64,000 bases of DNA from Candidatus Poribacteria bacterium. Lineage in GTDB: Bacteria; Poribacteria; WGA-4E; PCPOR2b. A program made the position numbers and the translations under genes. Position 1 is the stretch's first letter, and each line of letters starts with the position of its first letter. The stretch spans positions 3,904,001 to 3,968,000 of the forward strand of contig OZ242326.1 in NCBI GenBank assembly GCA_965208325.1, in the 5' to 3' direction. Under the pieces are notes generated by a model. It did no database searches. It saw only the letters and a program-made list of their open reading frames with translations, and was not told where the DNA came from. Of this stretch, positions 28,970-39,477 are shown one piece after another.

Positions 28970-29935
28970 TTATACGGAAATTGGAATACCTTCTTGTGCC
29001 GACTGGTTTGCAGCCAGCGAAATGGCAAGGCTTTTGACCGCGTCACTATATGAGCTGAGAATTTGAGATTCATCGCATCGGAAAACCGCATCAACAAACA
29101 CTTCATCAATACTTGGCCCAGGTGCTTGTTTGGAGACCTTTTGCCCATTTTCCTTCACCTGCACGCGGTCAGCTTCCCAATGGATAAACCGGTCGTCATA
29201 CAGAATGTCCAGAACGTTAGCATGTGACCAATCGTTCGGATCATACGACCAAGATGCCGTCAGTGATCCAATAGCGCCATTCTTGAATTTTAACGTCACG
29301 CAGTTGTTGTCAGGGCAATCTATATCCTTCAGAATACGATTTGTTTGCACGGCATAGACCTCCTCTACTTCACCAACGAGATAGCGCATCATATCAATTG
29401 TGTGCGTGGTCTGCTCTACCAACTGTCCACCCGACCGACTCATCTGATGAAGCCAACTGCCTGGAGTGCCGCGTCCCGTGCCGCTCCAGTATTTTCCAAC
29501 GGCCATATTTACGATTTCGCCATCAAGAATTTGACGCGCAAGCTGTGTCGATCCCAGGTACCGCAGTTGGTAACCAACGCAGGAAATTACCCCGGCAGCA
29601 ACTACTGCCTCCTCAATCTGTTTCGCTGTCTCCATGTTTATTGCAACTGGTTTTTCGACAAAAAACGGAAGTTTGCGTTCGATGATATCTAGCTCTGGCT
29701 GTCCATGGGCGAACACGGGAAGACTGACATAAACAGCATCAAGAACTTCTCTATCTAGCATTGTTTTGTGGTCGGTATAAGGATTCGCGTTATAGCTCGC
29801 AGCGGAACTGGTAGCACGAACTCCATCAATGTCACAGGTGGCAACAATCCGGACGTTTTCCATGTTGGACAACTGTTGCAGGTGTCCATTCGCATTTCCG
29901 CCGCAACCGATAAAGCCAATTTTAACTTCTTCCAC
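28970..29935 (-). CDS. Gfo/Idh/MocA family oxidoreductase
   Basis: IGFIGCG, EKP and GG.LVEQ.TH.ID. Start reset to GTG 29935 after AAGGGG. Confidence 0.92.
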   Translation of the reverse strand: MEEVKIGFIGCGGNANGHLQQLSNMENVRIVATCDIDGVRATSSAASYNANPYTDHKTMLDREVLDAVYVSLPVFAHGQPELDIIERKLPFFVEKPVAINMETAKQIEEAVVAAGVISCVGYQLRYLGSTQLARQILDGEIVNMAVGKYWSGTGRGTPGSWLHQMSRSGGQLVEQTTHTIDMMRYLVGEVEEVYAVQTNRILKDIDCPDNNCVTLKFKNGAIGSLTASWSYDPNDWSHANVLDILYDDRFIHWEADRVQVKENGQKVSKQAPGPSIDEVFVDAVFRCDESQILSSYSDAVKSLAISLAANQSAQEGIPISV

Positions 29936-30484
29936 TGATTTCCCCTTTGAACCGGTGTTAACCCATGGTCGCTCGGATTCGCCTATGCCTGCGCAATCAA
30001 ACCTACACCACATCGGAAATTGTATCAAATTGTAACGCTGACCGTCAATGTGTTTATCCCAACGGCCCATCAGCAAATAATTTGGAATGAGGCAATAAAC
30101 TAAATTCCAAACTGCAATCCATCCGACGAACTTAAACATGGTTGCGCCGATTGTCCATATTTAGGCCATAGACTAAAAACCGTGAATTCCCCAGATTTGC
30201 AGAAGGCGATGTGTCCCGAAAGAGGCATTTTTCAACAACCATCGCCTGTGATTGAAAATGATGAGGATTTATCCATGCACTCAAGAAATCTAGCGCCGAC
30301 TACGAGATTAACTTTGATAAAATTCTGTCGGCTTTTGTTCTGTAGATGTTGGTCAAAGAATGCCGTAATGTATTTAATCGCGGGGATGATTCTTCATTTG
30401 CAACTCCATTTGCTGCTGTGGTACACTTTGTACGAGGGGGATGTTCACATTTTAGAGGAAAAATCGGTAGAAAAGGAAAAAAAT

Positions 30485-31558
30485 GTGGTTAGACAATCCA
30501 TTATATTATCAGCCGCCGTGTTAATTTTACTGGTTAGTAATGTGTCAGCTTCGGAGAAAATCGGCGCGCCTAATGCGGGCAAAAGATTCTCAGAAGACCA
30601 CATCATCACAGTATTGCCCTTCGATGCAATCCCCGCAATCAAGGATCCGCGGTTTGTCTCTGCCCGCGAGGCAAAATTGCGAGACGATTCACCGATGATT
30701 GGAGTCAGTTTCAACGGTGAAAGCCATGCCTACTCTATCTATCTGCTTAATGGGCACGAAATTGTCAACGATGTTGTTGGCGGCGTGGAAGTAGCGATTA
30801 CCTGGTGACCACTCTGTCGAACGGCAATCGTGTATAGCCGCGAACTCGAAGGAAAAACGTATACCTTTGGAGTCTCAGGCAAACTGCTTTACGATGCACT
30901 TCTGATGTATGACCATCAAACGCGTTCCCTTTGGTCACATATCACGGGGAAAGCAGTAACAGGGCAACTCAAAGGAAAACAGTTGTCAATGATGGCTGCA
31001 ATGCCGCAAATCACTTGGAAAGAGTGGCGATTAAACTACCCGAACACAAAAGTGCTCTCTGTTCAGTTCGATTCCCGTCATCCGAATCTGAAAATCGAAG
31101 AGCCGAAGTTCGATAGTTATGCAAGATATCGAGCTGGACCCAATGCAGGAATAAGTTCTACACAATATAACGATAACCGTTTACCGAATAAATCAGTCGT
31201 TATCGGTGTGCGAGTCAATGCCCGTTTCAGTGCCTATCCTCTTACAGCGTTTGACAGGACATCCGTTATAAACGATGTCATTGACGGTGTGCCGGTCTTA
31301 GCGTTTCACGACAATGTGTCCGGCGCGGCCGCTGTGTTTATGCGTGCACTGGAAGGGAAGATTCTCACTTTTGAGCCGTGCGGCGGAAATGTTGCCATAG
31401 ATACCACGACTGGCACGCGCTGGAATTTGGTCGCTGGCAAGGCTACCGAAGGAAAACTCAAAGGTAAGACTCTTGACCGAATTCCGGCGATGAATATCTA
31501 TTGGTTTGCATGGGGACGTTACCATCCTGAAACAACCGTCTATCAATTGCCGGATTAG
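30485..31558 (+). CDS. Exported DUF3179-family selenoprotein (UGA 30806-30808 read as Sec; WUPLC)
   Basis: DAIPAI.DP.F, HEIVND, ITW-TGA-PLCRTA, FGVSGKL, MYD.QT.SLW and WFAW all lie in one frame. GTG 30485 starts a signal peptide. Confidence 0.9.
30821..30840 (+). promoter_or_regulatory. Putative bacterial SECIS element
   Basis: CGGC-A-AU(CGUGU)AU-A-GCCG hairpin with the loop about 20 nt after the UGA and G at loop position 2. An alternative UGUC(GAAC)GGCA stem lies closer. Confidence 0.45.
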
Positions 31559-31667
31559 TGTACGCCGCCAGTAATCAAGAGACCAAAATCTTTGGATGGA
31601 TTTACAAACGCCGCCGAAATGATGCACCAAACCATCAGTGGAAATTCAAAAATCTCAAGGGTATTAG

Positions 31668-32336
31668 TTGAAAATGTTGAAACGAGGAAGCGAAGTTAGA
31701 CTTTTCTGGCGTAAGCTGCGTCAAGGCAAGAAAACGAGAAAACAGAAACTCGCCATCCCGCTATCTCGTATGCTTTTTCTCCTGAATATCTGTTGCATGC
31801 CCATCGCGGAAACCTCTGATGCGGATAATTTTCTGACACGGGTGGATCGAGAAATATTTGATGCAATCTACGACACCCCGCCCCGGCGCGAACCCATCGG
31901 TACAGTTATGGAGAGAATTACCGACCTCGGCGATGCGAGAACGATGATGGGACTATCGATTGTTCTCATGGCTTACGGCGATGAATTACATCGCGAGACC
32001 GGTAGGTTGATGTCATCAGCATTCATTGGCACTGGCGTGGTTGTTTTTGGCGTGAAGGAAATTGTTCGCCGTAAACGCCCACTAGATAATCGACTTGGAA
32101 ATCCTGCCTTTCCATCGGGGCATACGGCTTATGCATTTGCCGCCGCAACTGTTCTGAGCAATCGATATCCCAAACTCCGAATTCCATTCTACATCGGTGC
32201 TGGATTGGTAGGCCTTTCTCGCATTTATTTGGGGAGACATTATGCATCGGATGTGTTTGGCGGTGCTGCCGTTGGGACAGTTGCGGGCGTGCTAATCATG
32301 CATCATCGCGCGACTTTGTTAAAGTGGGAGTTCTAA
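31668..32336 (+). CDS. PAP2-family phosphatase (start uncertain, possibly ATG 31770)
   Basis: K....RKRP, FPSGH and SRIYLGRHYASDV. Confidence 0.9.
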   Translation: MKMLKRGSEVRLFWRKLRQGKKTRKQKLAIPLSRMLFLLNICCMPIAETSDADNFLTRVDREIFDAIYDTPPRREPIGTVMERITDLGDARTMMGLSIVLMAYGDELHRETGRLMSSAFIGTGVVVFGVKEIVRRKRPLDNRLGNPAFPSGHTAYAFAAATVLSNRYPKLRIPFYIGAGLVGLSRIYLGRHYASDVFGGAAVGTVAGVLIMHHRATLLKWEF

Positions 32337-32441
32337 CCCAAAGCAGGTTAATTGCCTTTCGATTGACAACTGGCAGCAATTGTGCTAGATTGACGCTACA
32401 AAGATGAGAAGCTTCATTTTAATAAACAGTACAAAAAAATC

Positions 32442-32470
32442 GTAAACCTCCCCAAGTTGTAACTCGTTTA
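32442..32470 (+). promoter_or_regulatory. Possible ECF-sigma autoregulatory promoter
   Basis: GTAAAC-17 nt-CGTTTA, resembling the AAC...CGT ECF consensus, 70 nt before the ECF gene. Confidence 0.4.
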
Positions 32471-32540
32471 GAGAAAATGTCCTGTTCCCAATTGCTTTCC
32501 TAACGGTATTTTCATTTTTTGGCAAATTAATTAACGCCTT

Positions 32541-33122
32541 ATGGACACAATGGTTGAAGATGAAATATTGGTTGCACACTTTCAAGCTGGTGGGCAAGAT
32601 GCATTCGATGAACTAATGAAGCGGTACAAGCACAAAATCTTCTCCTATTTGCTCAGGTCTGTCAAGAATTTTGAAGATGCTGAAGAATTGACCATAGAGG
32701 TGTTTGTCAAGGTTTACCGTGCGCTTGAAGACTGGCGTCCTCAAGCGCGTTTTTCGACTTGGCTTTATCGAATCGCCTATAACCTGTCAATCGATCACCA
32801 CCGCTCAAAATCGCGGCGAATGACATACTCACTTGATGACGAAGAACTTCCGCTTGACGAACCAATGGCGAACGATTTGAGAAGCAACCCCGAATGGCAA
32901 GTTGAAGAAAAAGATCGGCATCGAATTATTCGTGACGCAGTAGATCGGCTTTCGCCAAACCAGAAAGCGGTCTTTATGTTGAATCGATATGACGGTTTGC
33001 AACTCAATGAAATTGCTGAAGTGCTTGGTATAGCGGAAGGCACGGTAAAAATTCACCTCCATCGGGCAATGAAAAAGCTAAAAACAACACTAGAACCGTT
33101 GTGGGAAAAGAATGAAATTTAA
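32541..33122 (+). CDS. ECF RNA polymerase sigma factor
   Basis: Region 2 (DAEEL..EVF, FSTWLYRIA.N..ID) and region 4 (EIAEVLGIAEGTVKIHLHRA). Confidence 0.95.
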   Translation: MDTMVEDEILVAHFQAGGQDAFDELMKRYKHKIFSYLLRSVKNFEDAEELTIEVFVKVYRALEDWRPQARFSTWLYRIAYNLSIDHHRSKSRRMTYSLDDEELPLDEPMANDLRSNPEWQVEEKDRHRIIRDAVDRLSPNQKAVFMLNRYDGLQLNEIAEVLGIAEGTVKIHLHRAMKKLKTTLEPLWEKNEI

Positions 33123-33139
33123 TCTAAGGAGCTTGTTTC

Positions 33140-33760
33140 ATGAAAACGTGTAAACAACTGAAGGAATTACACACCGAATATATTTGTGACCTCCTCGATG
33201 ATGAACGAATGAATCTCATGGAGGAACATCTACAACATTGCCCTTCATGCGTACACGCGGTTGGCGCATTGAAAAATGTTCTGTGTCTGACTGGCGAAGC
33301 AGGTACGATATCAATTCCGGAGCCTATCCTTAATAATCTTGAGGTAAAGGTATACAAACGCCTTGTGATAGAATCATCGCAATCCGCACCGGTATCTTTC
33401 TTGTCTCGGATCTTCGGCGTAATTCGTTCTACAGGGAATTGGCGAATCGCGGCTGCTTGCTGTATACTGATTTTAAGTGTCCCTGTCGCTAGTATTGTCT
33501 ATTACCAAAGTCGGTCGGTGGTTGCACCCCTAAGTTCGAATGACATTCAATCCCCGCATGAACGGGTCGAACAATATAAACGACAACAGTATCAAGCTGA
33601 CTTGGATAATGCGTTGGAGACCGTGTATCTGAGAGACGATGATTGGGCTTCGGTTGGAGCGTTTCAAAAAATGAAAGAACAGGGGAAGGGTCATCTTTGG
33701 GAATCGTTCCCGGACGAACGGCTTCATCCTAGAGGCCTAGCCCCAAACGGCGGAATTTAA
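33140..33760 (+). CDS. Zinc-binding (ZAS, zf-HC2) transmembrane anti-sigma factor
   Basis: HLQHCPSC (HxxxCxxC), one TM segment, directly after the sigma gene. Confidence 0.88.
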   Translation: MKTCKQLKELHTEYICDLLDDERMNLMEEHLQHCPSCVHAVGALKNVLCLTGEAGTISIPEPILNNLEVKVYKRLVIESSQSAPVSFLSRIFGVIRSTGNWRIAAACCILILSVPVASIVYYQSRSVVAPLSSNDIQSPHERVEQYKRQQYQADLDNALETVYLRDDDWASVGAFQKMKEQGKGHLWESFPDERLHPRGLAPNGGI

Positions 33761-33872
33761 TACCTAGATCTGGTGCCGCTGACCTCTTTTGACAGTGCGT
33801 AGATTGGCGTCAGAATTTCTGCATCTTCGCCTGTGCCCCTATCGAATGTAATAAAACTACTGGGCAGTATCA

Positions 33873-35912
33873 ATGATTTTCTCAACCAAAATGGAATCGA
33901 ACGGAATAGTTGGCACCGCAAATAAAGTAGGCCGCCGCGCTTTGAATTTCACGCAGTACGCCTTACGCCTGAAGTTGCTGGTTTGCGCCGTTTTGGCGAG
34001 CGTTATAGTCCTGAAGACGACTCAATTACACGCCAATACAATCGTTTCACTTATTGAAGCGAAGGAATACGAAGAAGCCGCTGAAGCGCTTCAAAATCTC
34101 GCCGAATCCACGAAAAACGTGGAAAAACTTGGCGACATTTTCTATCGGTTGGGTGAGATTTATTACACTTATACTCATGAATATTTGAAAGCACTAGGGG
34201 CTTACGACAAGGTTGTTCAGCTCAGTGAAAAAGGGCTGGATGATCAGTTCCTTAGCTACATTAAGAAAGGAGATGTGTATTGTCGCTTGGGTGAATACGG
34301 GGACGCAATTTCGACATATCAGATTGTTGTCAATCAATCAATGCCGAACAATTTTGCCCATCAAACAGCTTTACAGAAGATAAGAAACATTCGGTCGGCG
34401 CGTGAGGACTTACAAAATCAACGTCGCGTAATCAGCGTTTATGAGGGAACACCTCTGGCTGTCGAAGCTCGGTTTCAAATCGCGGAACTGTATCGCAACC
34501 TATATCAACTGAACCAGCCAGAAAAAGCGATTTCCGAGTATAAAACCATGCTTAAGCGACATGGGGACACAAAACTTTCCCCTGAGGCACAGTGGCGTAT
34601 CGGAAAATTGCTGAATGATGTACTGAATCAACCGGAAAAAGCAATTGAGGCGTATAATAAAGTGGTTGAAAACTACCCATCAAGCAACTTTGCGGCGGAT
34701 GCTCTCTTTCGAACCGCGTTAATCCATAATGAACAAAAGCAGTATGAACACGCCGTGCAGGTTTTTGGACAACTTGAGAAGAGGTATCTCGATTATTGGA
34801 ATATGCATGCCGTCTACTATTGGATGGGGGTTGGTTATGAAAATTTACAAAATTACCGTCGTTCAATTCATGCCTATAGAACCTTTCTGCTTGCTTACTT
34901 GCCGAATTTGGATTCTGCCCACTTTGGAGCTATTGGCAAATACAATCAAAACGCCTCGAAAATCGAAGCAGAATTGAAAGCGAAGATCCGGCAACTTGAA
35001 TCCGATCTACCCAAAATCGAGTGGGCCAAGATTGAGAAGTATCTTGCGGAAGAGAATTACATATCCGCACTGCGCTTAGTACGACAACTAATCGCCGATG
35101 CACCCGATGCGGCATACTTACAACGTGCACAGTCGAAACTGCGGTCGATTCAAAAACAAGCAGCCATCCAGCAATTACGGATGCAGATGCGGAAGAATCT
35201 TGGCTCAGCTACAGTTGCTCAGACTCTATTTCGGATTGGCAAAATCCACGAACGTGGACTACAAGACTACGAAAAGGCAATCATCGCATATCGTCAGTTA
35301 ATTGATGAACATCCAGACTCGCCTTGGGCTGCTGAAGCGATGTATCGAAGCGGTTTAATTTATGCCAACCAGCTTGACGACCTCCAGAATGCAATCGGGC
35401 ACTACACAACCCTGATTCGACAATACCAGACTTCGACACATACGATTATGGCAAATTTTCAGCTTGGAAAAATCTATCATTCGCTCAACCAATACGATAA
35501 GGCTTTGAAAGCTTACCAGACAACCATCGCTTTCCCCGAGCAAGACCGGTACCTTGCCAATGGCTATAAAGATAGTTTTGCTGATAGTGCTCAGTTTCGA
35601 ATTGGACGAGTGCATTACGAAGATGGACGTTATGATGACGCTGTCTCAGCTTTCAACGAATTTATTGCGAGCCGCTTGCAGTCCCCCCGTCGTGCGGCTG
35701 CATACGTTTATCTCGCGCGTATCAGTGAAGATCGTGGATTGCCTGGCGAGGCCGTTGAAACTTATAAACAGGCGAGGAGCCTGATAATCGAGAATTCAAT
35801 CCAGGCGAAAATGGTAATTGACGAAGCCAATAATCTTGGATTTCAGGGAACGGATACAAAGGCTGTCATCAAACGCCTTGACAATCTCAGTAATCGGTTG
35901 GGTAGAAAATAG
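33873..35912 (+). CDS. Exported tetratricopeptide-repeat protein
   Basis: Many 'A.F.IG.LY....Q.EKAI..Y..L...YP.S' TPR-like units after a hydrophobic segment. Start uncertain. Confidence 0.88.
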   Translation: MIFSTKMESNGIVGTANKVGRRALNFTQYALRLKLLVCAVLASVIVLKTTQLHANTIVSLIEAKEYEEAAEALQNLAESTKNVEKLGDIFYRLGEIYYTYTHEYLKALGAYDKVVQLSEKGLDDQFLSYIKKGDVYCRLGEYGDAISTYQIVVNQSMPNNFAHQTALQKIRNIRSAREDLQNQRRVISVYEGTPLAVEARFQIAELYRNLYQLNQPEKAISEYKTMLKRHGDTKLSPEAQWRIGKLLNDVLNQPEKAIEAYNKVVENYPSSNFAADALFRTALIHNEQKQYEHAVQVFGQLEKRYLDYWNMHAVYYWMGVGYENLQNYRRSIHAYRTFLLAYLPNLDSAHFGAIGKYNQNASKIEAELKAKIRQLESDLPKIEWAKIEKYLAEENYISALRLVRQLIADAPDAAYLQRAQSKLRSIQKQAAIQQLRMQMRKNLGSATVAQTLFRIGKIHERGLQDYEKAIIAYRQLIDEHPDSPWAAEAMYRSGLIYANQLDDLQNAIGHYTTLIRQYQTSTHTIMANFQLGKIYHSLNQYDKALKAYQTTIAFPEQDRYLANGYKDSFADSAQFRIGRVHYEDGRYDDAVSAFNEFIASRLQSPRRAAAYVYLARISEDRGLPGEAVETYKQARSLIIENSIQAKMVIDEANNLGFQGTDTKAVIKRLDNLSNRLGRK

Positions 35913-35959
35913 GCGAGTAAAAAAAATTATTGTGATTTTAGTTCTTACGAGGAGGTACG

Positions 35960-36328
35960 ATGCCATTAACAGTTATTCGAACAGCACGCCCAAGTCCTGT
36001 TTGGCAGGAAACTTATGTTAATGTAGAAAAAGGACAGCGTTTAGTCATTGATGCCGAAGGCGCATGGTCGCCAGATTTACGGGATCGCATCGGCTGGTGT
36101 GGTGCTGATGGGGTTGCAAATACCATCGCAGGAGAAGACTATCTTTGTCCAGGCACCAACGTTGGCGCATTGATTGCAAAGATTGGTGACGTTGTTTTTA
36201 CCGTTGGTTCGCGCTACGACAATGACGCTCCGGCTGAAGGAGTAATTTTTCTGGCGATGAACGAGAGTCCGTCGCATAACAACCAAGCAGGTACGCTGCT
36301 AGCACAACTTGTCGTTTTTGACGAGTAA
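35960..36328 (+). CDS. Small beta-sandwich protein, possibly LecA/PA-IL-like
   Basis: W..T.V.V..G..L.I.A.G.W ... GALIAKIG ... L.MN pattern. GGAGG RBS. Confidence 0.6.
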   Translation: MPLTVIRTARPSPVWQETYVNVEKGQRLVIDAEGAWSPDLRDRIGWCGADGVANTIAGEDYLCPGTNVGALIAKIGDVVFTVGSRYDNDAPAEGVIFLAMNESPSHNNQAGTLLAQLVVFDE

Positions 36329-36469
36329 AAACAATCTGCATCCAAGATTCGTTGGCAACTCTTAATCATGTCGCAAGCGAAAAGTTCGATAAAATTATGT
36401 CTTTCTAACATTCTTAGATTTGATGACCGTAAAACGTTCAGTATCTGATGTAGATTAGAGAAGCCGCCG

Positions 36470-37297
36470 ATGCCTTTTTTTAATAACGATGGGCTGAATT
36501 TTCATTACCGTGACATAGGAGAAGGGGTACCCTTCTTTTTCCAGCATGGACTCGGTGGTGATGTCAACCAACCTACTGGACTTTTCAAACCCCGTACAGG
36601 ATTCCGATTGCTGTCTTTCGACTGTCGCGGACACGGAGAAACGCGTCCACTAGGCAATGTGGAGAAAATCAGAATTGCTGTTTTTGCTGATGATTTAGCT
36701 GCACTCATGGATAGTCTGAGCATATCTCGTGCTGTAATTGGCGGCATCTCAATGGGAGCTGCCGTCGCGCTCAACTTCACGCTTCGGTATTCGAAGCGTG
36801 TGCTTGGCTTAATCCTATCTCGTCCGGCCTGGCTGATTGGTCCCATGCTGCGAAATGCAGAAATCTATTTGCATATCGCACAATTGATTCGCCAACACGG
36901 CCAGGAGCGTGGTTTGGAACTTTTCAAGCAATCTGAATACTACATTGAAACACTGCGCCAATCTCCAGCCGCCGCTAATTCGCTGATAGGGCAGTTTGAA
37001 ACATTACGCGCGTCGGAAACTGTGGCGAGGCTTGAAGGCATTTCAAGCGACGCACCGGTTTATGACCTACGGGAATTGGCAGCAATCGCGGTTCCTACGC
37101 TGGTGCTCGCCAACCGACGGGATCCTATCCATCCCTTCGACTATGGTGAGGTTTTGGCGCGAGAGATTCCGAAAGCTGAGTTCAAGGAATTAACGTCGAA
37201 ATCTGTAAGCCAGGAACGACACGAAGCAGAAATCCAGAAATTTATTGAGTCGTTTTTGTGCGGCCACTTTTGCCGCGCAAGGAGCGCAACATGCTAA
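36470..37297 (+). CDS. Alpha/beta-fold hydrolase
   Basis: HGLGG, D.RGHG and GISMG nucleophile elbow. Confidence 0.92.
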   Translation: MPFFNNDGLNFHYRDIGEGVPFFFQHGLGGDVNQPTGLFKPRTGFRLLSFDCRGHGETRPLGNVEKIRIAVFADDLAALMDSLSISRAVIGGISMGAAVALNFTLRYSKRVLGLILSRPAWLIGPMLRNAEIYLHIAQLIRQHGQERGLELFKQSEYYIETLRQSPAAANSLIGQFETLRASETVARLEGISSDAPVYDLRELAAIAVPTLVLANRRDPIHPFDYGEVLAREIPKAEFKELTSKSVSQERHEAEIQKFIESFLCGHFCRARSATC

Positions 37298-37932
37298 AAT
37301 GTTCTACATCTCTCTGGTCGGCCGATTTGGCAAATCTAGCGTCGGAGATTAAACGTATTGAACCATTCTCGGAGCGTTTTCACCTAGATGTGGCTGACGG
37401 GCATTATGTAAAAAACCTGCTGTTCTTCCCAGACATGGTCAAGGCTTTGCGGAAGCATACCAATCTCCCGTTTGAAGTGCATTTAATGACCACTGACCCC
37501 ATAGGATGGATTGAACCTTTCGTTGAAGCGGGTGCGGACAGCATTATTTTCTGTTTAGACGCTCCTAGCAATCCGGGCAAAGTACTTGAAACCATTAAAT
37601 CTTGCGGTAAAGAGGCGGGGATTTCGCTGCTCATCACGGAGTCCGTCGATTTGCTTGAACCTTATTGGGATGACTTAGACCTCGTCACTATTGTCGGTAC
37701 CGCTATGGGAATTAAAGGTGCATCAATGGATGCCTCAATCCCAGGTAAAATTCGACGGTGCAGAGAAATCGCTGCTAAGCGTGGGGGAAAGATTAAAATT
37801 GAAGCCGACGGCGGGATTCGGCGCGAGACGGTACCCTTGATTCATGCCGCTGGTGCGGACTATATCGTTCCGGGTTCGCTGATGTTCGGTGGAGATCCGC
37901 ACGAGATGCGCCAATGGCTCGCTGCGATGTGA
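37291..37932 (+). CDS. Ribulose-phosphate 3-epimerase family protein
   Basis: S...AD..NL, HLDVADGHYV, EVHLM, EADGGI and VPGS. ATG 37291 after AAGGAG. Confidence 0.9.
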   Translation: MLKCSTSLWSADLANLASEIKRIEPFSERFHLDVADGHYVKNLLFFPDMVKALRKHTNLPFEVHLMTTDPIGWIEPFVEAGADSIIFCLDAPSNPGKVLETIKSCGKEAGISLLITESVDLLEPYWDDLDLVTIVGTAMGIKGASMDASIPGKIRRCREIAAKRGGKIKIEADGGIRRETVPLIHAAGADYIVPGSLMFGGDPHEMRQWLAAM

Positions 37933-37971
37933 AAGATTGACTTCATTGTAATTCTGGTTTACTAGCTCAGA

Positions 37972-39477
37972 TTATTGAATTACCTCAATCTCAAGTTGAT
38001 TCAACGTTCGCATAACCCCTTCACCGAATTCAATCAGGGAGTTTGATTCTATTTGACCGCCTGTGAGTTGAATACGATTCGCATCGGCTTGAATCTGTCC
38101 GAGTGTCGGTTCCATCGCAACCCATTCACCTACATACAACTCTGGCCAAAAATGGTAGTAGAAGGCATCTCGCTGGAATACAAGCCCCATACACGCTCTG
38201 GCCGGAATATCAACCGAACGCGCCAACGCGATTAACAAAACTGTGTGCTCCGTGCAATCTCCTTCCAGTGATTCTAGGGTCTGCAATGCCGATCCAAATC
38301 CAATTCTGAGGTTCTTGTCGTAAATATTGGTGTGCACCCAGCGGCACAGTTTTTTAGATGCTTTCCAAGCATCAATTTCTCCATTTATAATCTCGATCGC
38401 TTTTGCTTTAAGTGTTGGCTGATTGGCTTGAATGTATACCGTAGACTTTAGGAATTCTTCAAGGTCTTGATTCGCATCGGCTTGAATCGGTAGGTTTAGC
38501 ACTTTTGAAGGATTAACGGCAGGCACTTCGATTTCCACGGTTCCGCTGTCCGGGTGTTCATCAAGGTGGAGTTTCTGACGGCCGTTTTTTACGATTACTT
38601 CGTCCAAGTTTCCACCATTGAGTCGCAACCGCGCCTTAAAATTTCGGGCATTTTGAATCGGCTGTATGCCCCGAGAGAAAATCTTCGTATTGATGATGAC
38701 GTCTAGTTCACCGTGTTTGCCGAGCGCTGTCTCCATGTCTACTTTCGATAGAACTATCTTCATTCCCGGTATGCCGGTTTCCATACGATACGTTGTACCG
38801 TCGTGTCCTAACCAGGCAGTCGCTCTAAAGCCTCCGAAAATGTCCATCAAGTAATCAATGACAATGGCGGGCTTAGATTCTCCTCCAAATTCGACCGTAT
38901 CCTCCCGAACAACATCGACTTGGGTCTCCACGGGTCGCATAAGTTCCGTATTGAACACAGACAATGTGTATTCATCCCCGACGCTGATGCCCCGTTGAAG
39001 CATCAAATAACCGAGCGTTTCCTCAAAAATAGTATCGGGCGGAATTAAATTCTGTGACTGCGTTGTTTCTCCGGCGAGAGTGGTTTTCAAGTAGATGCTG
39101 CCATCTTTAATTTCGCCTTCAACACGTTTTTCATGTCCGGATTCCTTTGAAGTCGAAATGAAGTACCGCGGAACGAAATCCATACCTACATAGTGAATTT
39201 TTGTCGTTTCCAGCCGTAGCCCCGTGCCGGAACGTTTAAACTCCATCATTACATCCATGCGAGTGCGAATGGCTTCCTCGCCCTGATACTGTGATTTTTC
39301 AGTGTAGATGTGAGCATACCCAATCTTTTCGCCCATCACCGTCAAGGTTAACCAATCCTCTTGAGGTAACTGTACCATTTTTTCTAGCTCCATCGGGTCA
39401 ATCTTTACGACTTTCCCTTCGCTAAATTGAACAAATAGAACAAGCAGAAAGCAGTTGAGCAAACCAATTGACCTCAT
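37972..39477 (-). CDS. Exported transglutaminase-like domain protein
   Basis: Signal peptide; GDCTEH and YHFWPE...W...EPT (catalytic Cys/His region). Confidence 0.88.
   Translation of the reverse strand: MRSIGLLNCFLLVLFVQFSEGKVVKIDPMELEKMVQLPQEDWLTLTVMGEKIGYAHIYTEKSQYQGEEAIRTRMDVMMEFKRSGTGLRLETTKIHYVGMDFVPRYFISTSKESGHEKRVEGEIKDGSIYLKTTLAGETTQSQNLIPPDTIFEETLGYLMLQRGISVGDEYTLSVFNTELMRPVETQVDVVREDTVEFGGESKPAIVIDYLMDIFGGFRATAWLGHDGTTYRMETGIPGMKIVLSKVDMETALGKHGELDVIINTKIFSRGIQPIQNARNFKARLRLNGGNLDEVIVKNGRQKLHLDEHPDSGTVEIEVPAVNPSKVLNLPIQADANQDLEEFLKSTVYIQANQPTLKAKAIEIINGEIDAWKASKKLCRWVHTNIYDKNLRIGFGSALQTLESLEGDCTEHTVLLIALARSVDIPARACMGLVFQRDAFYYHFWPELYVGEWVAMEPTLGQIQADANRIQLTGGQIESNSLIEFGEGVMRTLNQLEIEVIQ

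Noticed and set aside
29936..30484. Long N-terminal extensions of ORFs 28970-30139 and 30182-30808
   Set aside because: Not domain-like. Internal GTG starts with RBS-like sequences (29935 and 30485) fit the families better.
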